Translations under genes and position numbers: made by a program
Notes under the pieces: model-generated
What the model saw: the letters and a program-made list of their open reading frames with translations, nothing else
What the model was told of the DNA's origin: nothing
Database searches by the model: none
Part shown: positions 39,767 to 51,337 of the stretch, piece by piece
How the letters are laid out: the number at the start of each line of letters is the position of its first letter
Numbering within the stretch: position 1 is the first letter of the stretch
From: Octopus vulgaris
Taxonomy: Eukaryota
Direction of reading: 5' to 3'
DNA length: 64,000 bases
Assembly (NCBI GenBank): GCA_951406725.2
Contig: OX597834.1
Span: forward strand, 44,578,001-44,642,000

Positions 39767-40048
39767 GGAGGCGCAACAGCCCAGTGGTTAGGGCAGCGGA
39801 CTCGCGGTTTCGATTCCCAGACCGAGCGTTGTGTGTGTTTGTTGAGCGAAAACACCTAAAGCTTCACGAGGCTCCGGCAGAGGGTGGTGGCGACCCCTGT
39901 AGTACTCTTTCACCCATCTTTCTCTCTTCCTGTTTCTTGGGAAACGCTGCGATGGACGGGCGTCCCGTCCAGCTGGGGAGGGGGGAAACATACGCCACAG
40001 AAACCGGGAAACCGGGCCCATGAGCCTGGCTAGGTTTGAAAAGGGCGG
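39767..40048 (+). mobile_element. SINE family C variant, full length
   Basis: GGAGGCGCAACAGCCCAGTGGTTAGGG, GGTTTCGATTCCC, GCTGCGATGGACGGGCGTCCCGTCCAGCTGGGG, GAAACCGGGAAACCGGGCCCATGAGCCTGGCTAGG. Confidence 0.88.
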
Positions 40049-40782
40049 AAAAAAGAAAAAGAAAGGTATGGGTGTAACGATTGCTTCTGTTCTTTTGCTT
40101 TGCTTTATTCTTTTGCGGTGATGTGAACTGCGTTTTTTAGAGTTTATTTTCATCTATATAACAATGCTTAATGTCAAATTGATTTGATGTTTTGTAATCA
40201 AATTTGTTTGCATTGTTTTGTGTCTGTAAACATTGTTGTTTTGAGATACTTAATGACTGACTTGTTTTTAAGTGAACCTAATTGTAAAACAAAATTTGGT
40301 CACATCTGTTCATTAATGAAATTGTAAGGAATATTTCACGGTTCACTGATTTAGGTGTGGGTTACTGAAAATGTCTATTAAACTATTTATGGACTTTGTT
40401 TGATTCAGGAGGGACGTATTTTTTGCCGCTCTCTGATAAATTTGTGGTTGAGTTTATGACAGTGAAGACCTCTAGCGGTCTCGAAACCCCTGACCATATG
40501 CCTGCTCACCGCTTTTACAGGCGGAGATGGTTACACGCAAGTGTGAACTCTGTGACTCAGAGTGGCCATTCCAACGCATCTCCCTCGCTATCCTCCGGGG
40601 CAGCACCTTTTCCATTTTGTCTGCTGCTGCCTTCAGGCAGACTCACAAGCTTTTCAAGTTACAACCTGTTATTTATTATTTTATTTAACCAATCGTAATT
40701 TAATAAAGGAGGTCTAGATTCATATAACGAATTGAAAATGATGTTGAAAAATGACGGTTCTTCGTCTCTGTGTATTTAATTT

Positions 40783-41047
40783 TCTTATACTCTTTTACTC
40801 TTATTTTCTAGTTTCAGTTATTGGACTGCGGCCATGATGGAGCACCACCTTTAGTCGAGCAAATCGACCCCAGGACTTATTTTTTGTAAGCCTAGTACTT
40901 ATTCTATTGGTCACTTTTGCCGAACCGATAAGTTACGGGGACGTAAACACACCACCATCGGTAGTCAAGCGATGTTGGAAGGACAAACACAGACACACAT
41001 ACATACATACATACATACATACATACATACATACATACATACATACA

Positions 41048-41083
<36 letters not shown>

Positions 41084-41112
41084 TACATGCATACATACAT
41101 ATATATACATAT

Positions 41113-41179
<67 letters not shown>

Positions 41180-41277
41180 GGGAAGTGTTTGCACACTTAC
41201 AAAGAATAAGTCCTGGGGTCGATTTGCTCGACTAGAGGCGGTGTTCCAGCATGGCCGCAGTCAAATGACTGAAACTA
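40783..41277. mobile_element. Two inverted SINE family A 3' halves (40783-40998 minus; 41196-41277 plus) around a microsatellite
   Basis: CTTACAAAGAATAAGTCCTGGGGTCGATTTGCTCGACT...GTCAAATGACTGAAACT at 41196-41277 is the reverse complement of ~40810-40891. Confidence 0.87.
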
Positions 41278-41290
41278 CTACTGAATAATT

Positions 41291-41418
41291 AGAAGAAGAA
41301 GGAGGGAGAGAAGAAGAAGAAGACGAAGACGAAGAAGAAGAAGAAGAAGAAGAAGAAGAAAAAGAAGAAGAAGAAGAAGAAGAAGAAGAAGAAGAAGAAG
41401 AAGAAGAAGAAGAAGAAG

Positions 41419-41449
<31 letters not shown>

Positions 41450-41470
41450 TCAACAATACTAACAACAAAG
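41291..41470. repeat. (AAG)n followed by (AAC)n
   Basis: Directly visible. Confidence 0.97.
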
Positions 41471-42309
41471 TAACAATACATTCACACGAAACATTTGCTA
41501 TCTTTTCCAAGTGGTTATTTAAAGCTCTTCTATTTATTTCAAATAAGAGCTGGAGAAATGTATTACAACTACAATTTTGAGATGCCTTCCCTTAAAACGC
41601 TGTTTCGGAAACTATGAGACAACGATATATTAAAACGATACGCTATTGGGAGACTTTAAAATACGATCAGATATAAAGACGATACGACAGTGGAAGACGT
41701 AGTACAGTGAAAAGAACATGCAAGATATAAATGAGATAAAGGATAATGACCATTAAGGCATTGTAAGGCGATGGGACATTGTCGAACGTAGTGAAGTAAT
41801 AATTCGTAAAAACGATGAAATACAAAGGATTTGAGACAAGCGGAAGGTTTAGTATGATGTTATTATATTGGAAAACAAAAAGAATAGAATAATATATTGA
41901 AAGTTTAATAAGACGATCAGATATTGAAACACTTAAGACCAACAAGAGATGTAATGACTAAATAAGATTCTAAGGAATAGAAGCTATAAGAGATGTTGTA
42001 ATGTATAGTGGTAATAATACAATTCAAAACAATACTATTCCCATGGTAATCCATGCAGCTCGAACGCTAAATGTTATTATACATTGAATAATTGCAGCAT
42101 AAAATCCATAACGTATCGGGAAAATAAGACGTGCAATCATAGAGTGTTAAAGATAGGGAGATGCATGTAGAAATAAGATATTTACAAACCTGCATACATG
42201 CAAGCATGCACATATTATGAGCGCGTGTGATTACGTGTAATCACGTGTGTATATAATAAAGACATGTGCGTGCACGCGCGCGTGTGTGTGTGTGCGTGTG
42301 TGCAACCGG

Positions 42310-42505
42310 TAACCCAGACACGTTTTCTTTCTGTCTACACTTTCTCCATCTGTTTTCTCCCGTCGTTGCATTGTGTAGAAGAGCATTGGCTCGAAACATC
42401 AAAAACTCTTCTATCCTTCCTCAGCGTCAAACATATACAATTTTTTGTTCTCTCACCAGTCTCTGACTTTTGTTTTTGTGTATTTGTAGTACAATTTTGA
42501 AAGTG

Positions 42506-42510
<5 letters not shown>
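42310..42510 (+). mobile_element. Short interspersed element with a degenerate hammerhead-like hairpin (probable Penelope pLTR derivative)
   Basis: GAAGAGC-ATTG-GCTC-GAAAC at 42378-42397, then ..AGCGTC..; abuts (TA)n; paralog at 48915-49105. Confidence 0.5.
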
Positions 42511-42552
<42 letters not shown>

Positions 42553-42556
<4 letters not shown>

Positions 42557-42730
42557 TTTTATTCTTTTACTTGTTGCAGTCATTTCACTGCGGCCATGCT
42601 GGAGCACCGCCTTTAGTTGACCCGTGGGTATAGTAGAAGAAAGTTGCCCAAGGTGTCACACAGTGGGACTGAACCCGGAACCATGTGGTTGGGAAGCAAG
42701 CTTCTTACTACACAGCCACTTATGCGCCTA
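42553..42730 (-). mobile_element. SINE family A with internal deletion
   Basis: Tail (GCCATGCTGGAGCACCGCCTTTAGT) is joined directly to the head half (TATAGTAGAAGA...CCCAAGGTG...CACAGCCAC). Confidence 0.85.
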
Positions 42731-43429
42731 TATATGTATATATGTGTGTGTGTGTGTGCGTGTATTTATATACGTGCGAGTGGACAAACGAGAAAGTGTG
42801 GTGCTCAACACATTCAGAGGATGTTTGATATATCTTGTCATAAAGCTTCTAGGAAACTACAAAACTTTATGTCACAGATTGAGAGAGAGAGAGAAAGAAA
42901 TAGATAGAAAGAGACAGAGAGATGAAATAGTTTTGTTAGTCATATAAAGGCAGAGAGGACGATGACGACGACGACGACGACGACCTGTATTAGAAAGAGA
43001 CTGAGAAAACATTTGAAACAGAACCAAATGAATGAAAGAGAAAGTATTACAAGCATAAAGAAAGAAAAATACAAAAGAATAAATGAGAAAGCGAATGAGA
43101 AGGTAGGAACGAAAAGAAGGAAAAAAAGGAAAAAGAAGGAGCGGTGAGATTGCTAGAGAGAGATAGAAGTTCGTTCTGAGCAGGAAAGAAAGTGAGGAAA
43201 ATGGCCGCTTGGAAGAACGAAGGGAGATAATACTTTATGGGGAAGGAAAGAAAATATGATTAATGGAGACATAGAGAGAAGGAAAACGGAAATAATGAGA
43301 GAGAATGAGTTATTGGAAGGGAGAGGGGGCGGGGAAATGGTCCTATAGGGGAAACGGGCTGAGGTAGAGATAGATTAGATAATTAAAAGACGGTAATGAA
43401 TGAGATTAATGTGAAATAATGTTAGCGGG

Positions 43430-43795
43430 ATAAAGAAAGAAAGAAAGAGAAGAAAGAAAGAAGGAAAGAAAGAAAGAAAGGAGGAAAGAAAGAAAGAAAA
43501 GAAAAAGGATAGAAAGAAAGAGGAAAGAAGCGAAGAAAGAAAGAAGGAAAGAAAGAAAGAAAGAAGGAAAGAAGGAAATAAAGAAAGAAAAATGAAAGAA
43601 AGAAAGAATGAAAGAAAGAAGGAAGGAAGGAAGGAAAAGAAAAAGGAAAGAAAGAGAGACGAAAGAAAGAAAGAAAGAAAGAAAGAAAAGAAAAGGAAAG
43701 AAAGCAAGAAAGAAAGAAAGAAAGAAAGGAAGGAAGAAAAGAAAGAAAGAAAGAAAGAAAGTAAGGAGGAAAAGAAAATGGAAAGAATGAAAGAA
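43430..43795. repeat. Degenerate (GAAA)n/(GGAA)n polypurine tract
   Basis: About 365 bp almost entirely purine on the plus strand; explains the K/E/R-rich and F/L/S-rich ORFs. Confidence 0.96.
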
Positions 43796-44256
43796 CAATT
43801 GTCAGCAGGTGGTGAAACTGATGGTGAGTGAAAGAAGAACTGCGTAGAAAAAAATGTTAATTCTGTGTATTAGAGAGAGAGAGAGAGAGAGAGAGTGAGA
43901 GAGAGAGAGAGAGAGAAAGAGAAAGAGAAGAGAGAGAGACAGTCAGACATGTACAGAGAAACGGCAGAAAATGATTAGTAGAAAAAGAAAGGAAAAAGTT
44001 GTTTTTTTTAAGAATTGGTGAGAGTAAGCGATGTGTGCCATGTGGGAGACGTACAACAATTTGGCGTAAAAGATATAGACAGAGGACAGGAGCGGAGAAG
44101 ATAGGGAGAAGATATGGAGAGAGAGTAAGAGAAAGAAGGGGAGCTTTTGAAAAGAGAAAGAAGACATGAGTGATAGTGAGAGGGAGAAAACATAGTCGAG
44201 CGTACATAAGAGGTAGGTGTGAGGAGGAATGAAATCGAAAATATATATTATAAGAA

Positions 44257-44293
<37 letters not shown>

Positions 44294-44324
44294 CGTGTGT
44301 GTGTATATATGTATATATATTATA

Positions 44325-44357
<33 letters not shown>

Positions 44358-44381
44358 GAAGAGAGAGGGAGAGAGAGAAAC

Positions 44382-44450
<69 letters not shown>

Positions 44451-46091
44451 CTGCGACAGAGTGGTTTGATATAGAGATTAGATAGACAGAATGTGAATTT
44501 AGAAGGAAATAAAACTGAGAGCAACTGAAGGAAAGCGAGGATAAAGGAGAGAAAATGTGTGTATGTGTGTGGGCGCTTGCGTATATCCGTGCATGTGTGT
44601 ATGTGTGTGTGTGTGTGTGTGTGTGCATATGTATTAGATCCTACTGAAAATTGAAAATTGAAAATTGAAAACGAGATTGTAGGGAAATTAGTTTGAGCTG
44701 CTCATCATAACTATATTATGTTATAAAGAAGCAGCCAGTTTCATATGAAGAACGTCTGGTTGAGTTGAGTGTGATTGAATGGGAAAAATTATATAGGTTT
44801 ACAGGAATTCACAAGCATGTAGGAACGGAAACAGGGCGAAATGTCCTCAAGATGAAGAAATTATTGCCAGGAAATTGAGAAATGTGATTGAACATCCCAG
44901 CGATTGCATTTCCAGGAAATGAATGTGTGGAAAAATATGATTTCACAAACGAAGAGCACAGAGGTGTCAACTAATGATGTAAAGTCGACGGTGTTGTTGG
45001 CGACGGAGCAGTGACAGCAGCAGGATAGGACGAATGGATAGATTAACAGATGTGAGGAGAGAGAAAGGCAGCAAGTATAAGAGAGGGGAAAGAGAAAGGG
45101 AGAGAGAGAGAGTGGGGAAGTAGTTATGGTAAGAAAGAGAGGGTAATTTGGGCGTGGGGGAGAGAGAAGTGAGGGAGAAAGAGAAAATAAGGTTGAAAAT
45201 ATTGCCAGCCTGCTGCTTTGCTAGCAAAAGAGAATTAGCTAAAATAGCTCAGCATCTCGCACCAAATGATGAAGATCGATTTAAAAGAACGGAAATCAGT
45301 GAAATAATGACCAAATTGGCTGAGAATAATTTGGAAAAGGACATAGAGTAATATCCTTCATCTTCCATGCAATTCTGTTTTGCTATGATTTGAAGACATT
45401 AATCAAATTCCTTTCGTGAAATTCTAGCTTTTATTGTTGCAAAAATGTCCAGCATTTTGTAGTTCAACTTATCACCCTTTTCCTATTGAAAGCAAAATAC
45501 ACGGTCAGTTGTGAGAGAGTTGGAGGCGGCGAAGGAAAAGAGAGAAAAATGGGAGAGAAAGGAAGAGAGAAGGAGAGGAATAAGATTTAAAATTGGAGAT
45601 ATTTATAATAATCACTCTGGATTTTCTAATGGGAATAAAACGGACATAAAATCAAGGTTTCAAATTAGGTTAGGATTAATTCATTTTTGAAAATTGAATT
45701 TTTCTTTAGTCCTGGTTTTTCCGCTCCCCGTTGACTTCTTTCATCCATTCTTTCAACCGATCTCTTTTTTTTTTTTTTTTTACAAGTGAAAGAATAATAA
45801 TAAAAAAGGGAATATCATTGTTAATGCATTCCTCTGTCAACTGACGTGTTACTCTGTCCTCCAACAGACGACACTTCGTCGTTCAAGATATTAATAAGGT
45901 GGTTAGGGTTGGCGTTTGTTTGCTCGTGTCTCATAAAAGTATTGTAATGATGATTTGAGAGGAGACCGTCGTTAAGAGGCAGTAAATTAACGATTCGGTT
46001 TCCATTCCCCATTGACGCTTACACAAACACTTTTGCCGATTTCAGTTATAGAAATACAATCATGCTGGAGCACATCTTTAATCAATTACAC

Positions 46092-46308
46092 TGATTTCAA
46101 ATTTTGGCACAAGGCCAGCAATTTCGTGGGAGGAGTAATTCGATTTCATCGACATCCGGTGCTCAACTGGTAATTAGTTCATAGACCTCGAATGAACTGA
46201 AGGTAAAGCCAACCTCGACGGATCGAATCTCGGAACGTAAAGACGGACGAAATGCTGTTAAGCATCCTTTGCCCAGCGGGCAGACGATTCTGCCCACTAT
46301 CCGCCTTC
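46092..46308 (-). mobile_element. SINE family B (alternative tail subfamily), diverged
   Basis: TTTCAAATTTTGGCACAAGGCCAGC...GAACGTAAAGACGGACGAAATGC...ACGATTCTGCC; reverse complement of the 29528-29722 type. Confidence 0.8.
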
Positions 46309-46358
46309 CTTTAGTCGACGATTATTAACACATAAGCATATATGTTATTGACATACCA

Positions 46359-46760
46359 GGCGCAGGAGTGGCTGTGTGGTAAGTAGCTTGCTTACTAACC
46401 ACATGGTTCCGGGTTCAGCACCACTGCGCGGCACCTTGGACAAGTGTCTTCCACTATAGCCTCGGGCCGACCAAAGCCTTGTGAGTGAATTTGGTGGACG
46501 GAAACTGAAAGAAGCCCGTCGTATATATGAATGTGTGTGTGTGTGTGTGTGTATGTTTGTTTGTCTCCCCAACATCGCTTGACAACCGATGCTGGTGTGT
46601 TTGCGTCCCTGTAACTCAGCGGTTCGGCAAAAGGGATCGATAGAATAAGAACTAGGCCTACAAACAATAAGTCCTGGGGTCGGTTTGCTCAACTAAAGGC
46701 GGTGCTACAGCATGGCCACAGTCAAATGACTGAAACAAGTAAAAAAGTAAAAGAGTAAAG
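46359..46760 (+). mobile_element. SINE family A, full length, low divergence
   Basis: GGCGCAGGAGTGGCTGTGTGGTAAGTAGCTTGC...GGGTTCAG...CACCTTGGACAAGTGTCTT...GTCAAATGACTGAAACAAGTAAAAAAGTAAAAGAGTAAAG. Confidence 0.92.
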
Positions 46761-46809
46761 CGATTTGTATCATATTACTTGCAATGACTCTACGAAGGAA
46801 TGAAACTGA

Positions 46810-47010
46810 CAGTCGGCGTGGCTTCCAGGTGATGTGATCAGCCTGCTCGTGACATTAACGGACAAGTGACAGAGTATTTAAAAGACATACGTACCCTTAA
46901 CATAGTTCTTAGGGAGATTCAATGCCATACAGAAAGTGACAAGGCTGACCATTTGTAATACAGATACAAATTCTCAGTCAAATGACTGAAACAAGTAAAA
47001 GAGTAAAAGT
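46810..47010. mobile_element. SINE family D fragment (minus) followed by an isolated family A tail (46976-47010, plus)
   Basis: CAGCCTGCTCGTGACATTAACG...CCCTTAACATAGTTCTTAGGGAGATTC; then CAGTCAAATGACTGAAACAAGTAAAAGAGTAAAAG. Confidence 0.72.
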
Positions 47011-47979
47011 GTATATTACGTTTCTATGCATAAAAATGTAATACTTTATTTCACCGGCAAGAAAAATATTTTCTTTTTATAATGTAAGTTGTATACGTTT
47101 CTTTAACTTTTAAATTATGTGTCTAAGAGTGTATTTCTCGTTTGACCGACTTCATATAAGCAAAGAAGGAGCGTGTCTCTGAATCCTTTGATAGCATTTC
47201 CCTTAAACCACTTTTGGGTCCAGGATTTTTGTAGCCTCGCTGTTAAATTTTACCTTAAAGTTCCTCAAAAAATGTTAATTTGAAACGGAAACGAGTGATG
47301 ACAGAAATTATTAACTTTCATTCCTTTTTTCTTTAAAATCTCTTTCAGAACTAACTACACAGAATTTTGATCAAAGTTAGGAAATCCATTTTGATAACTA
47401 TGATAGCACAATATATATCTTTTCACTAATTGAGAAGAATCGGACGTTGTAGAAATAAGAATTAACTACTATTTTGACCACATCTAATGGATGCTCCATT
47501 ACGAAAAGTCGACTCCATATGGCATTACATACATCAGGATGAATTTCATTTAATGTCGTAAGATAAGGATTTTACTACATTTCACAGCATTACTTCATTT
47601 ATTGATCGTAATATATCTGGGAGCGTCACACACGGGGAACATCCATTGAACTAATCGCCTAATGATAGATATATTTCTATGAATAATCAACTAACAATTT
47701 GTTTTCATTTGTTTGATAAATAATTTGTGTTTATATCTGTCTGTGTGTGTGTGTGTCACTACTGATATATATATATAAATATATACTTATAAACACAGAC
47801 ACACATACACACATATATACACACATTCAACCATATATACATATATACATACATACATTCGTATGATTGGGTTGATTTTAAATGTTCACATCCATAGAGC
47901 ATGCATATTTCATAGGGTGGCAGACATTAAATAGCTTTGCTGAAAGCAATATCTTAATGACGAGAAGTGCATATGTATA

Positions 47980-48033
<54 letters not shown>

Positions 48034-48914
48034 CACACATATATGTACATATACACGAACACATATATGTCCGTCTGTGGGTGTGTTCACACGCAAATAC
48101 ATGTAAACACACATATATATGTAATATATGTATAATATACATATGAACACACACACACACAAATATATATGCATACATGTACGGACAGAGTGCCAGGGGA
48201 GGAGAGGGACTCCACCCCCCACACCCAGATGTGTGCTCTTTCAGTGCAGCTTCCACATCAGCCAAATTGATACAATTACTCTGCTTACCTGCCAGTCGAT
48301 TAATAATGAATTTCTTGATATGATTTTACAGTTTCATTGCAATCACTTCGATGATTTGACATTTCTTTTGCTATTATTCATGACAATTCTTGTAAATGTG
48401 AACTGCATACAAATATTTTATTGTTAAAAGCTATGACGTGTTTCTTTGTTTATATAATTAATATAAGCTACCAGAAATACTACAAGTTAAAATACGTATG
48501 GAGCAACGCTGGTTTTATTTTGTTCGTTTGTTTGTTTGTTTGTTTTTCTTTTTGGCAGAGTTGAGTAAGATTTTGCTGAACAAGAGACTTTATAATGTCT
48601 AGCTAATATATGATATATCCGATATACATTTGCTGCAAACTACACACTTATTCATGAACACACGCAAACGTATATGCGCGTGAGTGTGAGCGTGTGTGTG
48701 CTTGTGTGTGTGTGTGTGTGTATGTGTGTGTGTGTGTGCTTGTGCGCGCGTGTGTGTGTGTGTGTGTGTGTAGATGGATACAGAGCGTGACAGAGAGGTA
48801 GAGAGATATAATATAGATGTGAATATGTTGCAACTGAAAGAACGAGTAGCCCGTTCTACGAGCTACCAGCTACTTCTTTAATAAACTGCAAGAAAGCATA
48901 TTCATATATGCTGG

Positions 48915-49103
48915 ACGGCCCAATCTACAAGTTTTTTTCATTGTCTCTCTGTTTATTTTTTCTTATTCCTGTCTGTTGAAGAGCGTAGGCTCGAAACATA
49001 AAACGTTTTCATTTTTCCCGAGCGTCTGCTAATACTTTGCATATACCACGGCCTCGCATTGTTGTGTTTTTCTTGTGTTTGTTCTTCATTTTGGGGGATC
49101 TAG

Positions 49104-49105
<2 letters not shown>
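48915..49105 (+). mobile_element. Short interspersed element with a hammerhead-like motif (probable Penelope pLTR derivative)
   Basis: CTGTTGA-A-GAGC-GTAG-GCTC-GAAA at 48973-48996; ends at (TA)n; paralog of 42310-42510. Confidence 0.55.
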
Positions 49106-49140
<35 letters not shown>

Positions 49141-49281
49141 GCAATAAAGATTCAAGTTAATTTAAATGAATTTACTTGAATATGGTACCTAACTTAGATG
49201 CACCAAAAAAACTATACTGATTTAACAATACAGTAATGTGGGGTGATTATAAGCGAGAATGAAGCAACAAGAATGGATAGT

Positions 49282-49367
49282 TTTTAGTACAATCGTTTCA
49301 TACAAGGACAGGTTTTATTAAAGTTGCAAAATTACAGCATATAAACGTGTCCACTCATCAGCTAAAA
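49282..49367 (-). ncRNA. Type I hammerhead ribozyme, minimal stem III, intact core
   Basis: Minus strand: UUUUAG (stem I) - CUGAUGA (49361-49355) - long stem II containing GGACA/UGUCC - GAAA (49299-49296) - C-GAUU-G - UA (GUA triplet 49290-49288) - CUAAAA (stem I'). Confidence 0.7.
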
Positions 49368-49732
49368 TACATGTGAGTTCTCTAGACATCTAGTGGTTGA
49401 GGCTATACTCATGAAGTAATGCAGATAATTAAGTAACATAAACAGATTTCAAAAGTTCATTAAAGTTCTTTAAAGATGATGTACAGTCTTATCACAGAAT
49501 TTTAAAAAGTCTTAATAGCATCACAGAGAAGGTGACCCAATCCATAGTGCACATATGAATTGGGTCACCTTCTCTGTGATGCTATTAAGACTTTTTTAAA
49601 ATTCTGTGATAAGACTGTACATCATCTTTAAAGAACTTTAATGAACTTTTGAAATCTGTTTATGTTACTTAATTATCTGCATTACTTCATGATATAGCCT
49701 CAACCACTAGATGTCTAGAGAACTCACATGTA

Positions 49733-49819
49733 TTTTAGCTGATAACGGGACACGTTTATATGCTGTAATTTTTGCAACTTTAATAAAACCTGTCCTTGTA
49801 TGAAACGATTGTACTAAAA
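49733..49819 (+). ncRNA. Hammerhead ribozyme copy with mutated core (CUGAUAA)
   Basis: Mirror copy of 49282-49367: TTTTAG-CTGATAA-CGGGACAC...TGTCCTTGTAT-GAAA-CGATTG-TA-CTAAAA, carrying G8>A. Confidence 0.6.
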
Positions 49820-49886
49820 CCTATCCATTCTTGTTGCTTCATTCTCGCTTATATATATATATATATATATATATGCATATATACAT

Positions 49887-50299
49887 ATACTCTTTTACTA
49901 TTTTACTTCTTGCAGTCATTTGACTGTGGCCATGCTGGAGCACCGCCTTTAGTCGACCAAATCGACCCCAGGACTTATTCTTTGTAAGCCTGGTACTTAT
50001 TCTATCGAGCTCTTTTGCTGAACCGCTATGGTTACGCGGACGTAAACACACCAGCATCGGTTGTCAAGTGATGTTGGGAGACAAACACAGACACACAAAC
50101 ATACACACACACATACACATATATATGCATATATACGACAGGCTTCTTTCAGTTTCCGTCTACCAAATCCACTCACAAGGTTTTGGTCGGTCCGAGGCTA
50201 TAGTAGAAGACACTTGCGCAAGGTGCCACGCAGTGGGACTGAACTTAGAATCATGTGGTTGATAAGCAAGCTACTTACCACACATCCACTCCTACGCCT
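49887..50299 (-). mobile_element. SINE family A, full length
   Basis: Matches the reverse complement of 46359-46760 over its length. Confidence 0.92.
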
Positions 50300-50421
50300 G
50301 TATATCTATATATAGATATGTTTTTGAAATGACTTGTTATTCAGCCCCAGGAAGAGTGGTTTATGTCCGAGAGGTACCATTCGGTTCGTGATGTCTTAAA
50401 ACTTTTTTCCCCGATGAAGCC

Positions 50422-50643
50422 ATGGCACTGTGGACGATAGAGCGTCGCGTGTTTTTCTACGACAGTTACGTGAAGAATAACGTGTTTGTCACAGTATTTC
50501 AGCGTGAGTTTCGACATCATTTCAACATTCACCAAAATTAGGCTGTTCCCACCCGTAAGACAATCTTACGTTGGGTGAATGCATTTCGTACACGAGGTAC
50601 ACTAATGAATAGAAGGAGACCGGGGTTGGGGGCGCCACGAACG

Positions 50644-50650
<7 letters not shown>
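50422..50650 (+). pseudogene. N-terminal fragment of a Tc1/mariner-superfamily transposase (DUF4817-type HTH; rosa/maT-like)
   Basis: ATG at 50422: MALWTIERRVFFYDSYVKNNVFVTVFQREFRHHFNIHQN*AVPTRKTILRWVNAFRTRGTLMNRRRPGLGAPRTV. It matches the QR.FR..F...P.R.TI.RWV..FR..G...GRPRT signature, has one TAG at 50539 and ends in (CA)n. Confidence 0.85.
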
Positions 50651-50692
<42 letters not shown>

Positions 50693-51258
50693 TACACACA
50701 CATACATACCCACGTGCGCGTGTATGTATCCACATACACAACAAATTAAAGTTAAAATGTCCGAGTCGAATGGAAAGGAATTAAAATCCGCCGCCGTGTA
50801 CATAATGGCGCTGATGTTAAGAGCTGATTTTTCCTTGCCCAGAATTGTGCATTAAGGATGGCAATAATTGATGTTATTGTCAATGACATCCATTAGTGAA
50901 TAAGGACGATGAGGGTCGACTGAAGGGATGAAAGCTAATTAAGAATAGTCGTTGACACCAATCTCCTGGGAGGGCCTGGCTACACAGGGCAGTGGACTTG
51001 AGTAAAGTGTGTATGTGCGCTCGCGTAGGCATATGTATGCGTCTGTACAATGGAAGGGGAGATTGGTTCGGAGGCGTTAAGTGAGAAAGGAGAAGAGAGA
51101 AATTATTGGGGGGGAAATGAGAGAAAAAGGAGTGGAATGAAAATGTGAAAATGTGAAGTGAGAAAGAAATCAGTAAAGTATGTATTGTGTGTGAATGTTT
51201 TTCTGTGTACGTGTGTGTGCATGTGCGCGTTTTTCTGAATATGTGTGTGTGTATGAGG

Positions 51259-51337
<79 letters not shown>

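Larger units (their letters stand above)
49248..49853. repeat. ~606-bp near-perfect palindrome (two ~300-bp arms, no spacer), probable inverted Penelope-like pLTR
   Basis: Arms are reverse complements about GTG|CAC (49547-49552). I count about 9 differences by eye. Flanked by (TA)n at ~49106-49135 (after a 112-bp unpaired extension) and from 49850. Confidence 0.95.

Noticed and set aside
43406-43831. K/E/R-rich and hydrophobic F/L/S-rich ORFs
   Set aside because: Products of the (GAAA)n tract.
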